Shown in pieces: positions 54,363 through 62,920 of a stretch of 64,000 bases of DNA (the first letter of the stretch is position 1; each line of letters starts with the position of its first letter). Made by a program: the position numbers and the translations under genes. This stretch comes from an uncultured Gammaproteobacteria bacterium (GTDB lineage: Bacteria; Patescibacteriota; Patescibacteriia; UBA1558; S5-K13), in NCBI GenBank assembly GCA_964640635.1, contig CAZXFD010000001.1, positions 17,273-81,272 on the forward strand, written 5' to 3'. The notes beneath the pieces are model-generated. The model did not search any database and was not told where the DNA came from. It worked only from the letters and a program-made list of their open reading frames with translations.

Positions 54363-54452
54363 GGAAGGTTCGCCTAGTGGCCTATGGCGCCTGCTTGGAA
54401 AGCAGGTTTCCCTTCACCGGGATCGGGGGTTCGAATCCCCCATCTTCCGCCA
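54363..54452 (+). tRNA. tRNA-Ser(GGA)
   Basis: Acceptor GGAAGGT/ATCTTCC; anticodon arm CCTGC-TTGGAAA-GCAGG; long variable arm; GGTTCGAATCC; encoded CCA. Confidence 0.96.
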
Positions 54453-54476
54453 AAAAATAGACTATAAATTTAAAAT

Positions 54477-55190
54477 ATGCCAAAATCAGATAACAAAAAA
54501 ACACTAGTATTATTTGATGTCGGAGGAGTGCTCGTTAAATTAAATTTTTCAAAGTTTTATAATGAAGTTATAAAATTATCAAAAAATATTAGTGTTGATG
54601 AATTCAAAAAGCGATTTTCAAATGAAATTCAGAAATATTCATTAACTGGTAATCTAGCATTAGAAGAATATTTTGAAAAATTAAGAGGAATTATATCTTC
54701 GGGAAAATATATAAGCAATAAAGAGTTTGAAGATTTATTTGCTTTTGCTTTAGGTGAATCTATTGATGAAATAATAAAGCTTAAGAAAAGAATTTATGAA
54801 GCTGGGTATTCAGTAGGAATATTTTCGAATATTGATGATATAGCTCTAAAGATTATTAAGCAAATGGACGGGGAGGTGTTTGAAACTTATGATAAGTCGA
54901 ATCCTGTAATCTATTCTCATGAAGTGGGTCATACCAAAATTGATAAAGAAATGTATGAAAAGATTAGCGGCTATGACAGAATTGTATATATAGATGATAA
55001 TGAAAATTATTTGAAAATTGGTATTGAAAAATTTTCTTGGTACGGAATTTTATTTACTGAATATATTGACGACGCAGAAGCAATTCGTTTGGTGCATAAT
55101 GATAAAACAAGACCCGAAAAAAATTTTAAGATTGCAAATAATATAGGGGGGTTAGAAAATGCCTTAAGAGAGTTTGGAATTAAAATATAA
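54477..55190 (+). CDS. HAD-superfamily hydrolase (YihX-like)
   Basis: FDVGGVL, FSN, K, YIDD motifs. Confidence 0.8.
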   Translation: MPKSDNKKTLVLFDVGGVLVKLNFSKFYNEVIKLSKNISVDEFKKRFSNEIQKYSLTGNLALEEYFEKLRGIISSGKYISNKEFEDLFAFALGESIDEIIKLKKRIYEAGYSVGIFSNIDDIALKIIKQMDGEVFETYDKSNPVIYSHEVGHTKIDKEMYEKISGYDRIVYIDDNENYLKIGIEKFSWYGILFTEYIDDAEAIRLVHNDKTRPEKNFKIANNIGGLENALREFGIKI

Positions 55191-55201
55191 CTTATTATAA
55201 T

Positions 55202-56194
55202 ATGAGCATAATTCCGCCAAAATTAAAAAAAGGAGATGAAATAAGAATTATTGCGCCATCTAGAAGTTTGTCGCTACTTAGCGAAGAAAATATTAGACTT
55301 GCAAAAGAAAAGTTAGAGGATTTGGGTTTTGAAGTAACTTTCTCAAAAAATTGCAAAGAGTCTGATATTTTTTTATCTTCAAAAATAGAATCCAGAGTAA
55401 GCGATATTCATGACGCATTTATAGATAAAAACATAAAAGCCATTTTTACTGTAATAGGTGGATATAACTCAAATCAGCTTTTGAAATATTTAGATTATGA
55501 TCTTATAAAAAACAATCCAAAAATTTTATGTGGTTATTCAGATATTACAGCATTAGCAAACGCAATCACTACAAAGACGGGATTAATTACTTATTCAGGC
55601 CCACACTTTTCTACATTTGGAATGAAAAAAGAATTTGAATATAACTTGGAGTATTTCAAAAAGTGTTTGATGGAGGAGTCTGAGTTTGTGGTAGAGCCTT
55701 CAAAAACATGGAGTGATGATGCATGGTACAGAGATCAAGAAAATAGAACTCTAGAAAGTAATGACGGATTTATAGTTTTAAATGAAGGTGATGCTGAGGG
55801 TATAATTTTTGGTGCTAATTTGGGCACCTTTAATCTACTACAAGGAACTGAATTTATGCCAGATATTTCAGATTCGATTCTTTTTGTAGAAGATGATGAT
55901 ATGGCTGGAAATAATATGGGGGTTGAGTTTGATAGAAATTTACAATCATTAATTCATCAGCCCAATTTTGACAAGGTAAAAGCTTTGATAATTGGAAGAT
56001 TTCAAAAAAATACAGATATGACTATTGAAAAATTAAAATATATAATAAATACAAAAAAAGAATTACAAAATATACCAATTATTGCAAATCTAAATTTTGG
56101 TCATACAAATCCTATTATTACGTTTCCAATTGGAGGAACGGCAAAATTGTCAGCTAGAGAAAATAATATAAATTTTGAAATATTAAAACACTAA
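55202..56194 (+). CDS. S66 family LD-carboxypeptidase / MccF-like
   Basis: IIAPS, IGGYNS, GYSDITAL, FGHTNP. Confidence 0.92.
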   Translation: MSIIPPKLKKGDEIRIIAPSRSLSLLSEENIRLAKEKLEDLGFEVTFSKNCKESDIFLSSKIESRVSDIHDAFIDKNIKAIFTVIGGYNSNQLLKYLDYDLIKNNPKILCGYSDITALANAITTKTGLITYSGPHFSTFGMKKEFEYNLEYFKKCLMEESEFVVEPSKTWSDDAWYRDQENRTLESNDGFIVLNEGDAEGIIFGANLGTFNLLQGTEFMPDISDSILFVEDDDMAGNNMGVEFDRNLQSLIHQPNFDKVKALIIGRFQKNTDMTIEKLKYIINTKKELQNIPIIANLNFGHTNPIITFPIGGTAKLSARENNINFEILKH

Positions 56195-56235
56195 GTTTCA
56201 AAGATTATTAAATCGTGTTAAATAAAAATTATTTT

Positions 56236-56991
56236 ATGCAAAATTTTGAAAAAAAAGAATTTGAATTATTAGAAGAAAAAAGGCGTATAAGAGATAGCGT
56301 TGCTGGGATATTTTCATCTCAAGATTTTAAACTTGGAAAAGAAAAGGTTTGTAATCAATTTGTTTTATCAAATGGGGGGGGAGTGATTAATAGCAATGAA
56401 GATGAGAATGGTATTGTTAAAATTATATTGAACTTGAAAAATGGAGTAGTACTTGATTTTAGTAATTTATTGCCAGATGGATGGAAATTTGTTTCTCCTA
56501 CATTTCTGATAAAATCTGGGAAAGAAAAAGTAGCCGGTGTTTGGTCTGCCAATTTAGAACAAAAAACAATTTCAGTAGGAGAAATTAAGGGAACGGAATC
56601 TGTTTTTGCTCTTTTGCACGAGATAGGACATGCATTAGATAAAGAAAAAATGAAAAAAGCAAACGAGGTATATGAAAATTATGGAGAATCAAGATCATTT
56701 AATTCTTTTTCTTCTTCCGCAGAAAGAGTTGCTTGGGCAAATGCAATAAATTTAATGCGTAAACTTCGTGATGATGGAATAAATCTTTTTGAATTTATAG
56801 GTTGGGAAGACTTTAGATCATTTATGTATAAGAGCCTGGCGGATCATAGAATTGTGGCATCTCTAGATGAAATACAATCGGCAAAAGAAACTCAAAAGTT
56901 TGTAGAAAAATTAGGAGGTCATTATAAGTTTGAGGATGTGGATATAGAATATTTAAAAAAATTATTTGATAAAAATATTAAAGATTATTAA
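56236..56991 (+). CDS. Hypothetical protein with HExxH zincin motif
   Basis: 'LLHEIGHA...ERVAWANA'; in-frame ATG at 56236. Confidence 0.65.
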   Translation: MQNFEKKEFELLEEKRRIRDSVAGIFSSQDFKLGKEKVCNQFVLSNGGGVINSNEDENGIVKIILNLKNGVVLDFSNLLPDGWKFVSPTFLIKSGKEKVAGVWSANLEQKTISVGEIKGTESVFALLHEIGHALDKEKMKKANEVYENYGESRSFNSFSSSAERVAWANAINLMRKLRDDGINLFEFIGWEDFRSFMYKSLADHRIVASLDEIQSAKETQKFVEKLGGHYKFEDVDIEYLKKLFDKNIKDY

Positions 56992-57005
56992 ACCACAATA
57001 GATAT

Positions 57006-57443
57006 ATGGAAGAAGTAAAAAAAAGAGTTGGTGTAGGATTTGGAGTTATGATTTATAAGGACGGTAAAGTTCTCTTGGGTCAAAGACATGAAGACCCAGA
57101 AAAAGCATCAAGCGAGCTTCATGGAGAAGGAACATGGACAATGCCGGGAGGAAAATTGCATTTTGGAGAAACTCCTGAAGAGGGTGCAAAAAGAGAATTA
57201 ATGGAAGAAACTGGAATGACTTCTAATTCTTTGAAGCTTATTAGTCTTACAAATGATATGGTTTCTGATGCACATTACATAACACTTGGATTTTTGTGTG
57301 AAGATTTCGAAGGTAGTCCATCTGTTATGGAACCTGATGAGATTACAAAATGGGATTGGTTTAGTCTTGATAATTTACCAAGTCCAATGTATAAGTCCTC
57401 ACAAAAAGTTATTGATCATTTTTTAAGTAATAAAATTTATTAA
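57006..57443 (+). CDS. NUDIX hydrolase (NUDT15/MutT-like)
   Basis: PGGKLHFGETPEEGAKRELMEETG. Confidence 0.9.
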   Translation: MEEVKKRVGVGFGVMIYKDGKVLLGQRHEDPEKASSELHGEGTWTMPGGKLHFGETPEEGAKRELMEETGMTSNSLKLISLTNDMVSDAHYITLGFLCEDFEGSPSVMEPDEITKWDWFSLDNLPSPMYKSSQKVIDHFLSNKIY

Positions 57444-57450
57444 TTTTTTT

Positions 57451-58434
57451 ATGTCTATTTTATATAAAGATGCTGTGTATGGAGAAATAGAGATCACTGA
57501 TCCAGTAATTTTGGATTTGATAAATTGTCCCACCATTCAAAGATTAAAAGAAATAGATTCCGCTGGTTATTATGAACCATTTTTTCCAGGAACAAGAAGG
57601 TCTAGATTTTCACATTCGATTGGGGTTTATTTACTTCTCAAAATTTATGGAGCATCAATAGAGGAGCAGATTGCGGGACTTATCCACGATGTATCTCATT
57701 CTGCTTTTTCTCATTGTATTGATTATGTATTACAATTTGATTCTCCAGAAAAACAGGATCATCAAGATAATATTTTTGAAAATTTTGTAAAGAAATCTGA
57801 AATTCCAGAAATACTAGCAAAACACAATTTTGACTTAGAATATATTTTGAACGATTATAATTTTCCACTCAAAGAAAAAAATGTACCAGATTTGTGCGCA
57901 GATAGAATAGATTATTCTCTTAGAGATGCTATTGTAGTTGGAGAAATAAAAGATGTTAAATATTTTATTGATAATTTAATAGTGAAGGATAGGGAATGGG
58001 TCTTTAAAGACTTTGAAAGTGCAAAAAAATTTGCAGAATTGTTTTTGAAAATAAATGTTGTATACTATTCTGGAATTCCATCTGCAGTAATGTTTCAAAC
58101 CGTTGGAGATTATCTAAAATATGCACTTCAGGTGAACTATATTATAGAGACTGATTTGTATAACACAGACGCAACGCTTCTTGCAAAGATAAACCCATAT
58201 TTAGAAAAAGATGCTAGACTCAATCTTTTGTTTGAAAGAATGAATAATAGAGTAGCTTATAAAAATGACAAAAATGATTATGACGTGAGAGTTGTTTGTA
58301 AATCTCGTGTTGTAGATCCATTTTGTGTCCATGAGAATATTATAAAAAGGGTTTCAGAAATTGAACCAAGCTGGGCTGACGTGATAGAGAAAGAATTAAA
58401 ACCAAAAGAATATTTTTTGAAATTTGAAAAATAA
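57451..58434 (+). CDS. HD-domain phosphohydrolase (SAMHD1/YdhJ-like)
   Basis: 'QRLKEI', 'RFSHSIGV', 'LIHDVSH..FSH', 'ADRIDY..RD'. Confidence 0.88.
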   Translation: MSILYKDAVYGEIEITDPVILDLINCPTIQRLKEIDSAGYYEPFFPGTRRSRFSHSIGVYLLLKIYGASIEEQIAGLIHDVSHSAFSHCIDYVLQFDSPEKQDHQDNIFENFVKKSEIPEILAKHNFDLEYILNDYNFPLKEKNVPDLCADRIDYSLRDAIVVGEIKDVKYFIDNLIVKDREWVFKDFESAKKFAELFLKINVVYYSGIPSAVMFQTVGDYLKYALQVNYIIETDLYNTDATLLAKINPYLEKDARLNLLFERMNNRVAYKNDKNDYDVRVVCKSRVVDPFCVHENIIKRVSEIEPSWADVIEKELKPKEYFLKFEK

Positions 58435-58445
58435 TAAATAATAAA

Positions 58446-58463
58446 ATCCCGCCAAGGCGGGAT
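58446..58463. repeat. REP-like palindrome
   Basis: atcccgccaaggcgggat; related to 54286-54301. Confidence 0.7.
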
Positions 58464-58475
58464 AAAAACAAAATT

Positions 58476-58703
58476 ATGTTTTTTAAACACAAACACAAGT
58501 TAACGTTTGGATACTTATGGAAAAACATTGTCACAATAACCGGCATTGTTTTGGTGTGGCGAGGAATTTGGCACGTATTAGATGGGATTGATATTAGATT
58601 TTTTAATGGAAGTCATTTTTGGACTGGCTTTGTTGGAGTTATTATAGGAATAGTTATTTTATATATACCTGATAAAAATTTGAAGGAAATAGAAAAATTG
58701 TAG
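58476..58703 (+). CDS. Small two-TM hypothetical protein
   Basis: 'GIVLVWRGIW..LD'. Confidence 0.7.
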   Translation: MFFKHKHKLTFGYLWKNIVTITGIVLVWRGIWHVLDGIDIRFFNGSHFWTGFVGVIIGIVILYIPDKNLKEIEKL

Positions 58704-58785
58704 ACGAAGGATAAATAATAAAGGGTGAAGTGTAAGTTTTGAAGGATGAAGTTTTGGGTATTTATAATTAAATAAAACAAATTGT

Positions 58786-59148
58786 ATGAAAAGCGATTTA
58801 AAAAATCCAGATAATAATCTGGTAGAAAGAACTTTTAGGTTTGCGCAAAATGTTATTAATTTGTGTAGATCCATTGATCAAAATATAATAACAAGACCAA
58901 TAATTTCACAATTAATTAAATCTGGAACAAGTGTCGGCGCAAATTATAGGGAAGCACAGAATGCGTGTTCTAGGAAAGATTTTAGAAATAAATTATATAT
59001 TTGTAAAAAAGAAATTTCAGAAACAGAATATTGGTTAAGATTATTGAAAGAATATGATTTTTCAAAAATTAGTTTGTTAGAAAAAGAAGCTCAAGAATTG
59101 ACACTTATATTTGGTAAATCAATTTCTTCTATCAATAAAACATTATAA
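58786..59148 (+). CDS. Four-helix-bundle protein (23S rRNA IVP / Avd-like family)
   Basis: 'QLIKSGTSVGANYREA...SRKDF..KL.I..KE..ET.YWL.LL'. Confidence 0.92.
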   Translation: MKSDLKNPDNNLVERTFRFAQNVINLCRSIDQNIITRPIISQLIKSGTSVGANYREAQNACSRKDFRNKLYICKKEISETEYWLRLLKEYDFSKISLLEKEAQELTLIFGKSISSINKTL

Positions 59149-59226
59149 TTCTTACTTCAAACTTTATCCTTAATAATTTAACATTCATTATAATTCTTAC
59201 TTCAAACTTTATACTTAATCACTTAA
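59141..59226. repeat. 27-bp direct repeat; pyrimidine-rich arm complementary to 58706-58756 and 61028-61057
   Basis: cattataattcttacttcaaactttat at 59141 and 59186; 59199-59216 is the exact reverse complement of 61033-61050. Confidence 0.8.
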
Positions 59227-59230
59227 CATT

Positions 59231-61027
59231 ATGTGTGGAATAATAGGATACATTGGAAAAAAACAAGTCGCTCCAATATTAATTGCAGGACTAAAACGTC
59301 TTGAATATCGCGGTTATGATAGTGCTGGTATTTGTGTTTTGGAAAATAATAGTTTAAGTACTATTAAAAAGCGAGGACATATTGCAGAGCTCGAACAAGA
59401 ACTTAATTCTCGAGAAGTAATAGGGACTATTGGTATTGCTCATACAAGATGGGCTACTCATGGTGAGCCAAATGAAATAAATGCTCATCCTCATTATGAT
59501 TGTACTGGTAATATTTCTATAATTCATAATGGGATTATTGAAAATTTTCAAGCACTGAAAAAATTATTAGAGAACGAAGGTCATAAATTTGTATCAGAAA
59601 CAGATTCAGAGGTTTTGGCACATTTGATAGAAAAATTTTATAGCAGCGATATTGAAAACGCTGTAATAAAAGCATTGAAGCAAGTTGAAGGAACATTTGG
59701 TTTAGCAGTACTTTGTAAAAATGAAGAAAAAATAATAGTTGCTCGTCGAGGGTCACCTCTTATTATTGGCGTGGGAGAGGGTGAAGTTTTTGTTGCAAGC
59801 GATGCCTCAGCAATTCTTGAATACACCAAACAAGTAATTTATCTAAAAGATAATGAATTAGCAATCTTAAGTCGCGATAATTATGAAATAAAAAATCTTG
59901 ATGGTGTCTCATGTGATTTTGAAATACAAGAAATTAAGTGGAGTTTGGATGAGATAGAAAAAGTTGGTTTTAAACATTTTATGCTTAAGGAAATTTTTGA
60001 GCAACCAAGGTCAATAGAAAATACGCTTCGCGGAAGAATAAATGGAGGCAAAATAAAATTATCTCTAAACTTCAATCCAAAAAGTATAAATAGAATTATC
60101 ATTACAGCATGTGGAACAAGTTGGCATTCGGCTCTAATAGGAAAATATTTGATAGAGAAAATTGCAAAAATTCCCGTTGAAGTTGATTATGCTTCAGAGT
60201 TTCGCTACCGTGATCCTATTATAAGAAGCGATGATTTGTTTGTAGTGATTTCTCAGTCAGGTGAAACAGCAGATACATTAGCGGCTCTAAGGCAGGCTAC
60301 AGTTTGCGAGACATTAGGAATAGTAAATGTAGTGGGCTCTACTATTTCAAGAGAAGTAAAATCAGGAATATATCTTCATGCAGGACCAGAAATCGGTGTA
60401 GCAAGCACAAAAGCTTTTACGTGTCAGGTGACTGCAATTATTCTTTTAGCATTATATATTAGACAAGAATTAGGAATGGAAATAGATAATAGATTAATAG
60501 AAGAATTTATTATAATACCTGAGAAAATAAAAATTATTTTAGATAAAAGCGAAAAAATAAAAGAATTGTCATACAATTTTATAGATGCAAAAAACTTTTT
60601 ATATCTTGGTCGAGGAGTAAATTTTCCAGTTGCTCTTGAAGGAGCTCTTAAGCTCAAAGAAATTTCTTATATTCATGCAGAAGGATATCCAGCAGCAGAG
60701 ATGAAACATGGACCAATAGCTCTTATTGATGAAAATATGTTTGTTGTATTTATTGTAAACAAGGGTGAGATTTTTGAAAAAGTAGTAAGTAATATGCAAG
60801 AGGTAAAAGCACGTGGAGGAAAAATAATTTGTATTACAGATTGCCCAGAAGAGGAGATGATAAAGAAGTTATCAAGCTTTATAATTACGGTGCCGCAAAT
60901 CCATGAAGAGTTATCACCACTTATAAATGTAATTCCACTTCAGTTGATGAGTTATTATGTTGCTGATGCAAAAGGAATTAATGTTGATAAGCCAAGAAAT
61001 TTAGCAAAGTCGGTCACGGTAGAATAG
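59231..61027 (+). CDS. glmS: Glutamine--fructose-6-phosphate aminotransferase
   Basis: MCGI, EYRGYDSAG, HTRWATHG, SQSGETAD, PRNLAKSVTVE. Confidence 0.98.
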   Translation: MCGIIGYIGKKQVAPILIAGLKRLEYRGYDSAGICVLENNSLSTIKKRGHIAELEQELNSREVIGTIGIAHTRWATHGEPNEINAHPHYDCTGNISIIHNGIIENFQALKKLLENEGHKFVSETDSEVLAHLIEKFYSSDIENAVIKALKQVEGTFGLAVLCKNEEKIIVARRGSPLIIGVGEGEVFVASDASAILEYTKQVIYLKDNELAILSRDNYEIKNLDGVSCDFEIQEIKWSLDEIEKVGFKHFMLKEIFEQPRSIENTLRGRINGGKIKLSLNFNPKSINRIIITACGTSWHSALIGKYLIEKIAKIPVEVDYASEFRYRDPIIRSDDLFVVISQSGETADTLAALRQATVCETLGIVNVVGSTISREVKSGIYLHAGPEIGVASTKAFTCQVTAIILLALYIRQELGMEIDNRLIEEFIIIPEKIKIILDKSEKIKELSYNFIDAKNFLYLGRGVNFPVALEGALKLKEISYIHAEGYPAAEMKHGPIALIDENMFVVFIVNKGEIFEKVVSNMQEVKARGGKIICITDCPEEEMIKKLSSFIITVPQIHEELSPLINVIPLQLMSYYVADAKGINVDKPRNLAKSVTVE

Positions 61028-61068
61028 TTTTGAAGTATAAAGTTTGAAGTTTGAAGGAATGGTTTTAT

Positions 61069-61195
61069 AAATTAGCTTCTCGACTTCTTTCCGCTTCGCG
61101 GAACTTCGCTCGAAGACTGATTAGTTTCAGTATTCGAACGTAGTCCCCGAGCAACGTCGAGGGGTTGGAGTCGAGAATCTGAAACTTTTAATAAT
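61069..61195. repeat. 127-bp structured repeat, copy 1
   Basis: Matches 61798-61924 with 2 mismatches; several internal inverted repeats. Confidence 0.9.
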
Positions 61196-61210
61196 CAAAT
61201 ATTAAAAATT

Positions 61211-61783
61211 ATGAAAAAAATTTGTATATTTGGAGATAGCGTTGTTTGTGGTGAAGGAGACGATATTGGTGGTGGATGGGTTAATAGACTGGCAAATCAT
61301 TTTAAAGATTTTGAAATTTTTAATTTGGGAATTGATGGCGGAACAATATTGAGTATTCAAGAGATATTTGAAAAAGAAATAAAAGAAAAGAATCCCGATA
61401 CTATTATTTTTGAAGCAGGTGGAAATGATAGCGCTTATGATAAAGAGGCTCACGAATTTTTGACAAATGAAGATGAATTTGAAAATATCGTAAGAAATCT
61501 TATTGTTCAAGCACAAAAACATGTAGAAAATATTTTTTTTATTGGATTTACAAATTGTGATGAAAAAAGAACTATGCCAGTTTCTTGGTGTAATCTATGT
61601 TATGAAAATAAAAATATTCAAAAGTATAATGAGATTATAAAAAATGTTTGTGATGAAAATGGAGTTTTGTTTATTGATACATATGGGGTATTAGAAAATG
61701 ATGATTTTGCAGATGGTCTTCACCCAAATTCATCGGGGCATGAAAAGATATTTGAAAAAATTAAAGACTCGTTTAAATTTTAG
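61211..61783 (+). CDS. SGNH/GDSL hydrolase
   Basis: FGDS, NLGIDG, GGND, DGLHPN. Confidence 0.92.
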   Translation: MKKICIFGDSVVCGEGDDIGGGWVNRLANHFKDFEIFNLGIDGGTILSIQEIFEKEIKEKNPDTIIFEAGGNDSAYDKEAHEFLTNEDEFENIVRNLIVQAQKHVENIFFIGFTNCDEKRTMPVSWCNLCYENKNIQKYNEIIKNVCDENGVLFIDTYGVLENDDFADGLHPNSSGHEKIFEKIKDSFKF

Positions 61784-61797
61784 AATATAGATTTTGA

Positions 61798-61924
61798 AAA
61801 TTAGCTTCTCGACTTCTTTCCACTTCGCGGAACTTCGCTCGAAGACTAATTAGTTTCAGTATTCGAACGTAGTCCCCGAGCAACGTCGAGGGGTTGGAGT
61901 CGAGAATCTGAAACTTTTAATAAT
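61798..61924. repeat. 127-bp structured repeat, copy 2
   Basis: Direct repeat of 61069-61195. Confidence 0.9.
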
Positions 61925-61943
61925 AAAAACTAAATACTAATTG

Positions 61944-62588
61944 ATGCAACTTCAGCTACAACAATTATTCAAAGATTTTGATAAACTCCATTTAAAACAT
62001 GGGGATTGTAATTATCACTCAATATATGGAGCGGGATGTATAAAAAGTCCGAAGTTTATGTTTGTTTTTATGAATCCAACGGGAAGAAATATTTCAGCTA
62101 ATAAATCTTGGCGAGGTATAAGAGCCCCTTGGATTGCTACAAAAAATGTTTGGAAAATATTTTTTGAGCTTAATATGATATCAAAGAAAAGTTTTGATTT
62201 TATTAAAAGCGCCAAAGCAAATGATTGGAATGTGGATTTTGCAAATAATCTTTATGAAGAAATTGCTAAAAACAAAGCTTATATCACAAATCTTGCAAAG
62301 TGCACACAAATTGATGCAAGGCCATTAAAAGACTATGTATTTAAAGAGTATTTAGAATTAATTTTTAAAGAAATAGATATAATAAAACCAAAATATATTG
62401 TAAGCTTTGGTAATCAAGTTAGTTCTATATTACTAGGTAAAAATATTAGTATATCAAAATTAGAAAAAGAATTTGAAATATTATTAGTTAAAGATAAAAA
62501 ATATAAAGTATTTCCTACTTATTATCCAGTTGGTCAGGGAATGAGAAATATGCCAAAGGCAATAAGTAAAATAAAAAGCATAAAATAA
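61944..62588 (+). CDS. Uracil-DNA glycosylase-like superfamily protein
   Basis: 'YITNLAKC', 'EIDIIKPKYIVSFG', 'YYP'; atypical active-site motifs (MNP, YYP). Confidence 0.65.
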   Translation: MQLQLQQLFKDFDKLHLKHGDCNYHSIYGAGCIKSPKFMFVFMNPTGRNISANKSWRGIRAPWIATKNVWKIFFELNMISKKSFDFIKSAKANDWNVDFANNLYEEIAKNKAYITNLAKCTQIDARPLKDYVFKEYLELIFKEIDIIKPKYIVSFGNQVSSILLGKNISISKLEKEFEILLVKDKKYKVFPTYYPVGQGMRNMPKAISKIKSIK

Positions 62589-62881
62589 TGCAAGAAGTAA
62601 AAGTTTTAGTAAAATTAAACGACAGCATAGAGGAAGCAAAACAAAAGCTTTCTAATTTTAAGTTTTTAGGCACCAACGAAACAGATGAGGGCGAGGAGTA
62701 TGCATATTCAACATATTTTTATAAAGTTATATTAAAAGATAAAAAAGATTTAGGTTTGTTCCTTGAAGTAGAAGCATTGGACTTAGATGAGGACTCTAAA
62801 GATAAAGATTATATATCAAAAGTAAAACATTTTATCAAAAAATTTATCAAAGCTATTGGCTTTGAATTTGAAGAAATATAA
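62588..62881 (+). pseudogene. CYTH (class IV adenylate cyclase-like) domain remnant, probably internally deleted
   Basis: N-terminal 'EVKV' and 'LGLFLEVE' motifs in only 97 aa. Confidence 0.45.
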
Positions 62882-62920
62882 TTTATGCAAAATAATTTTA
62901 TATAAATTAAATATAAATAT

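Noticed and set aside
58786-59148. Diversity-generating retroelement (Avd-like gene)
   Set aside because: No reverse transcriptase and no TR/VR pair with adenine-specific mismatches seen in the window
59149-59230. glmS ribozyme upstream of glmS
   Set aside because: The spacer is short and made of low-complexity repeats; no ribozyme core recognisable
61069-61924. 127-bp repeats as a CRISPR array or integron attC sites
   Set aside because: Only two long copies separated by a whole gene; no cas or integrase gene in the window; no clear RYYYAAC/GTTRRRY ends
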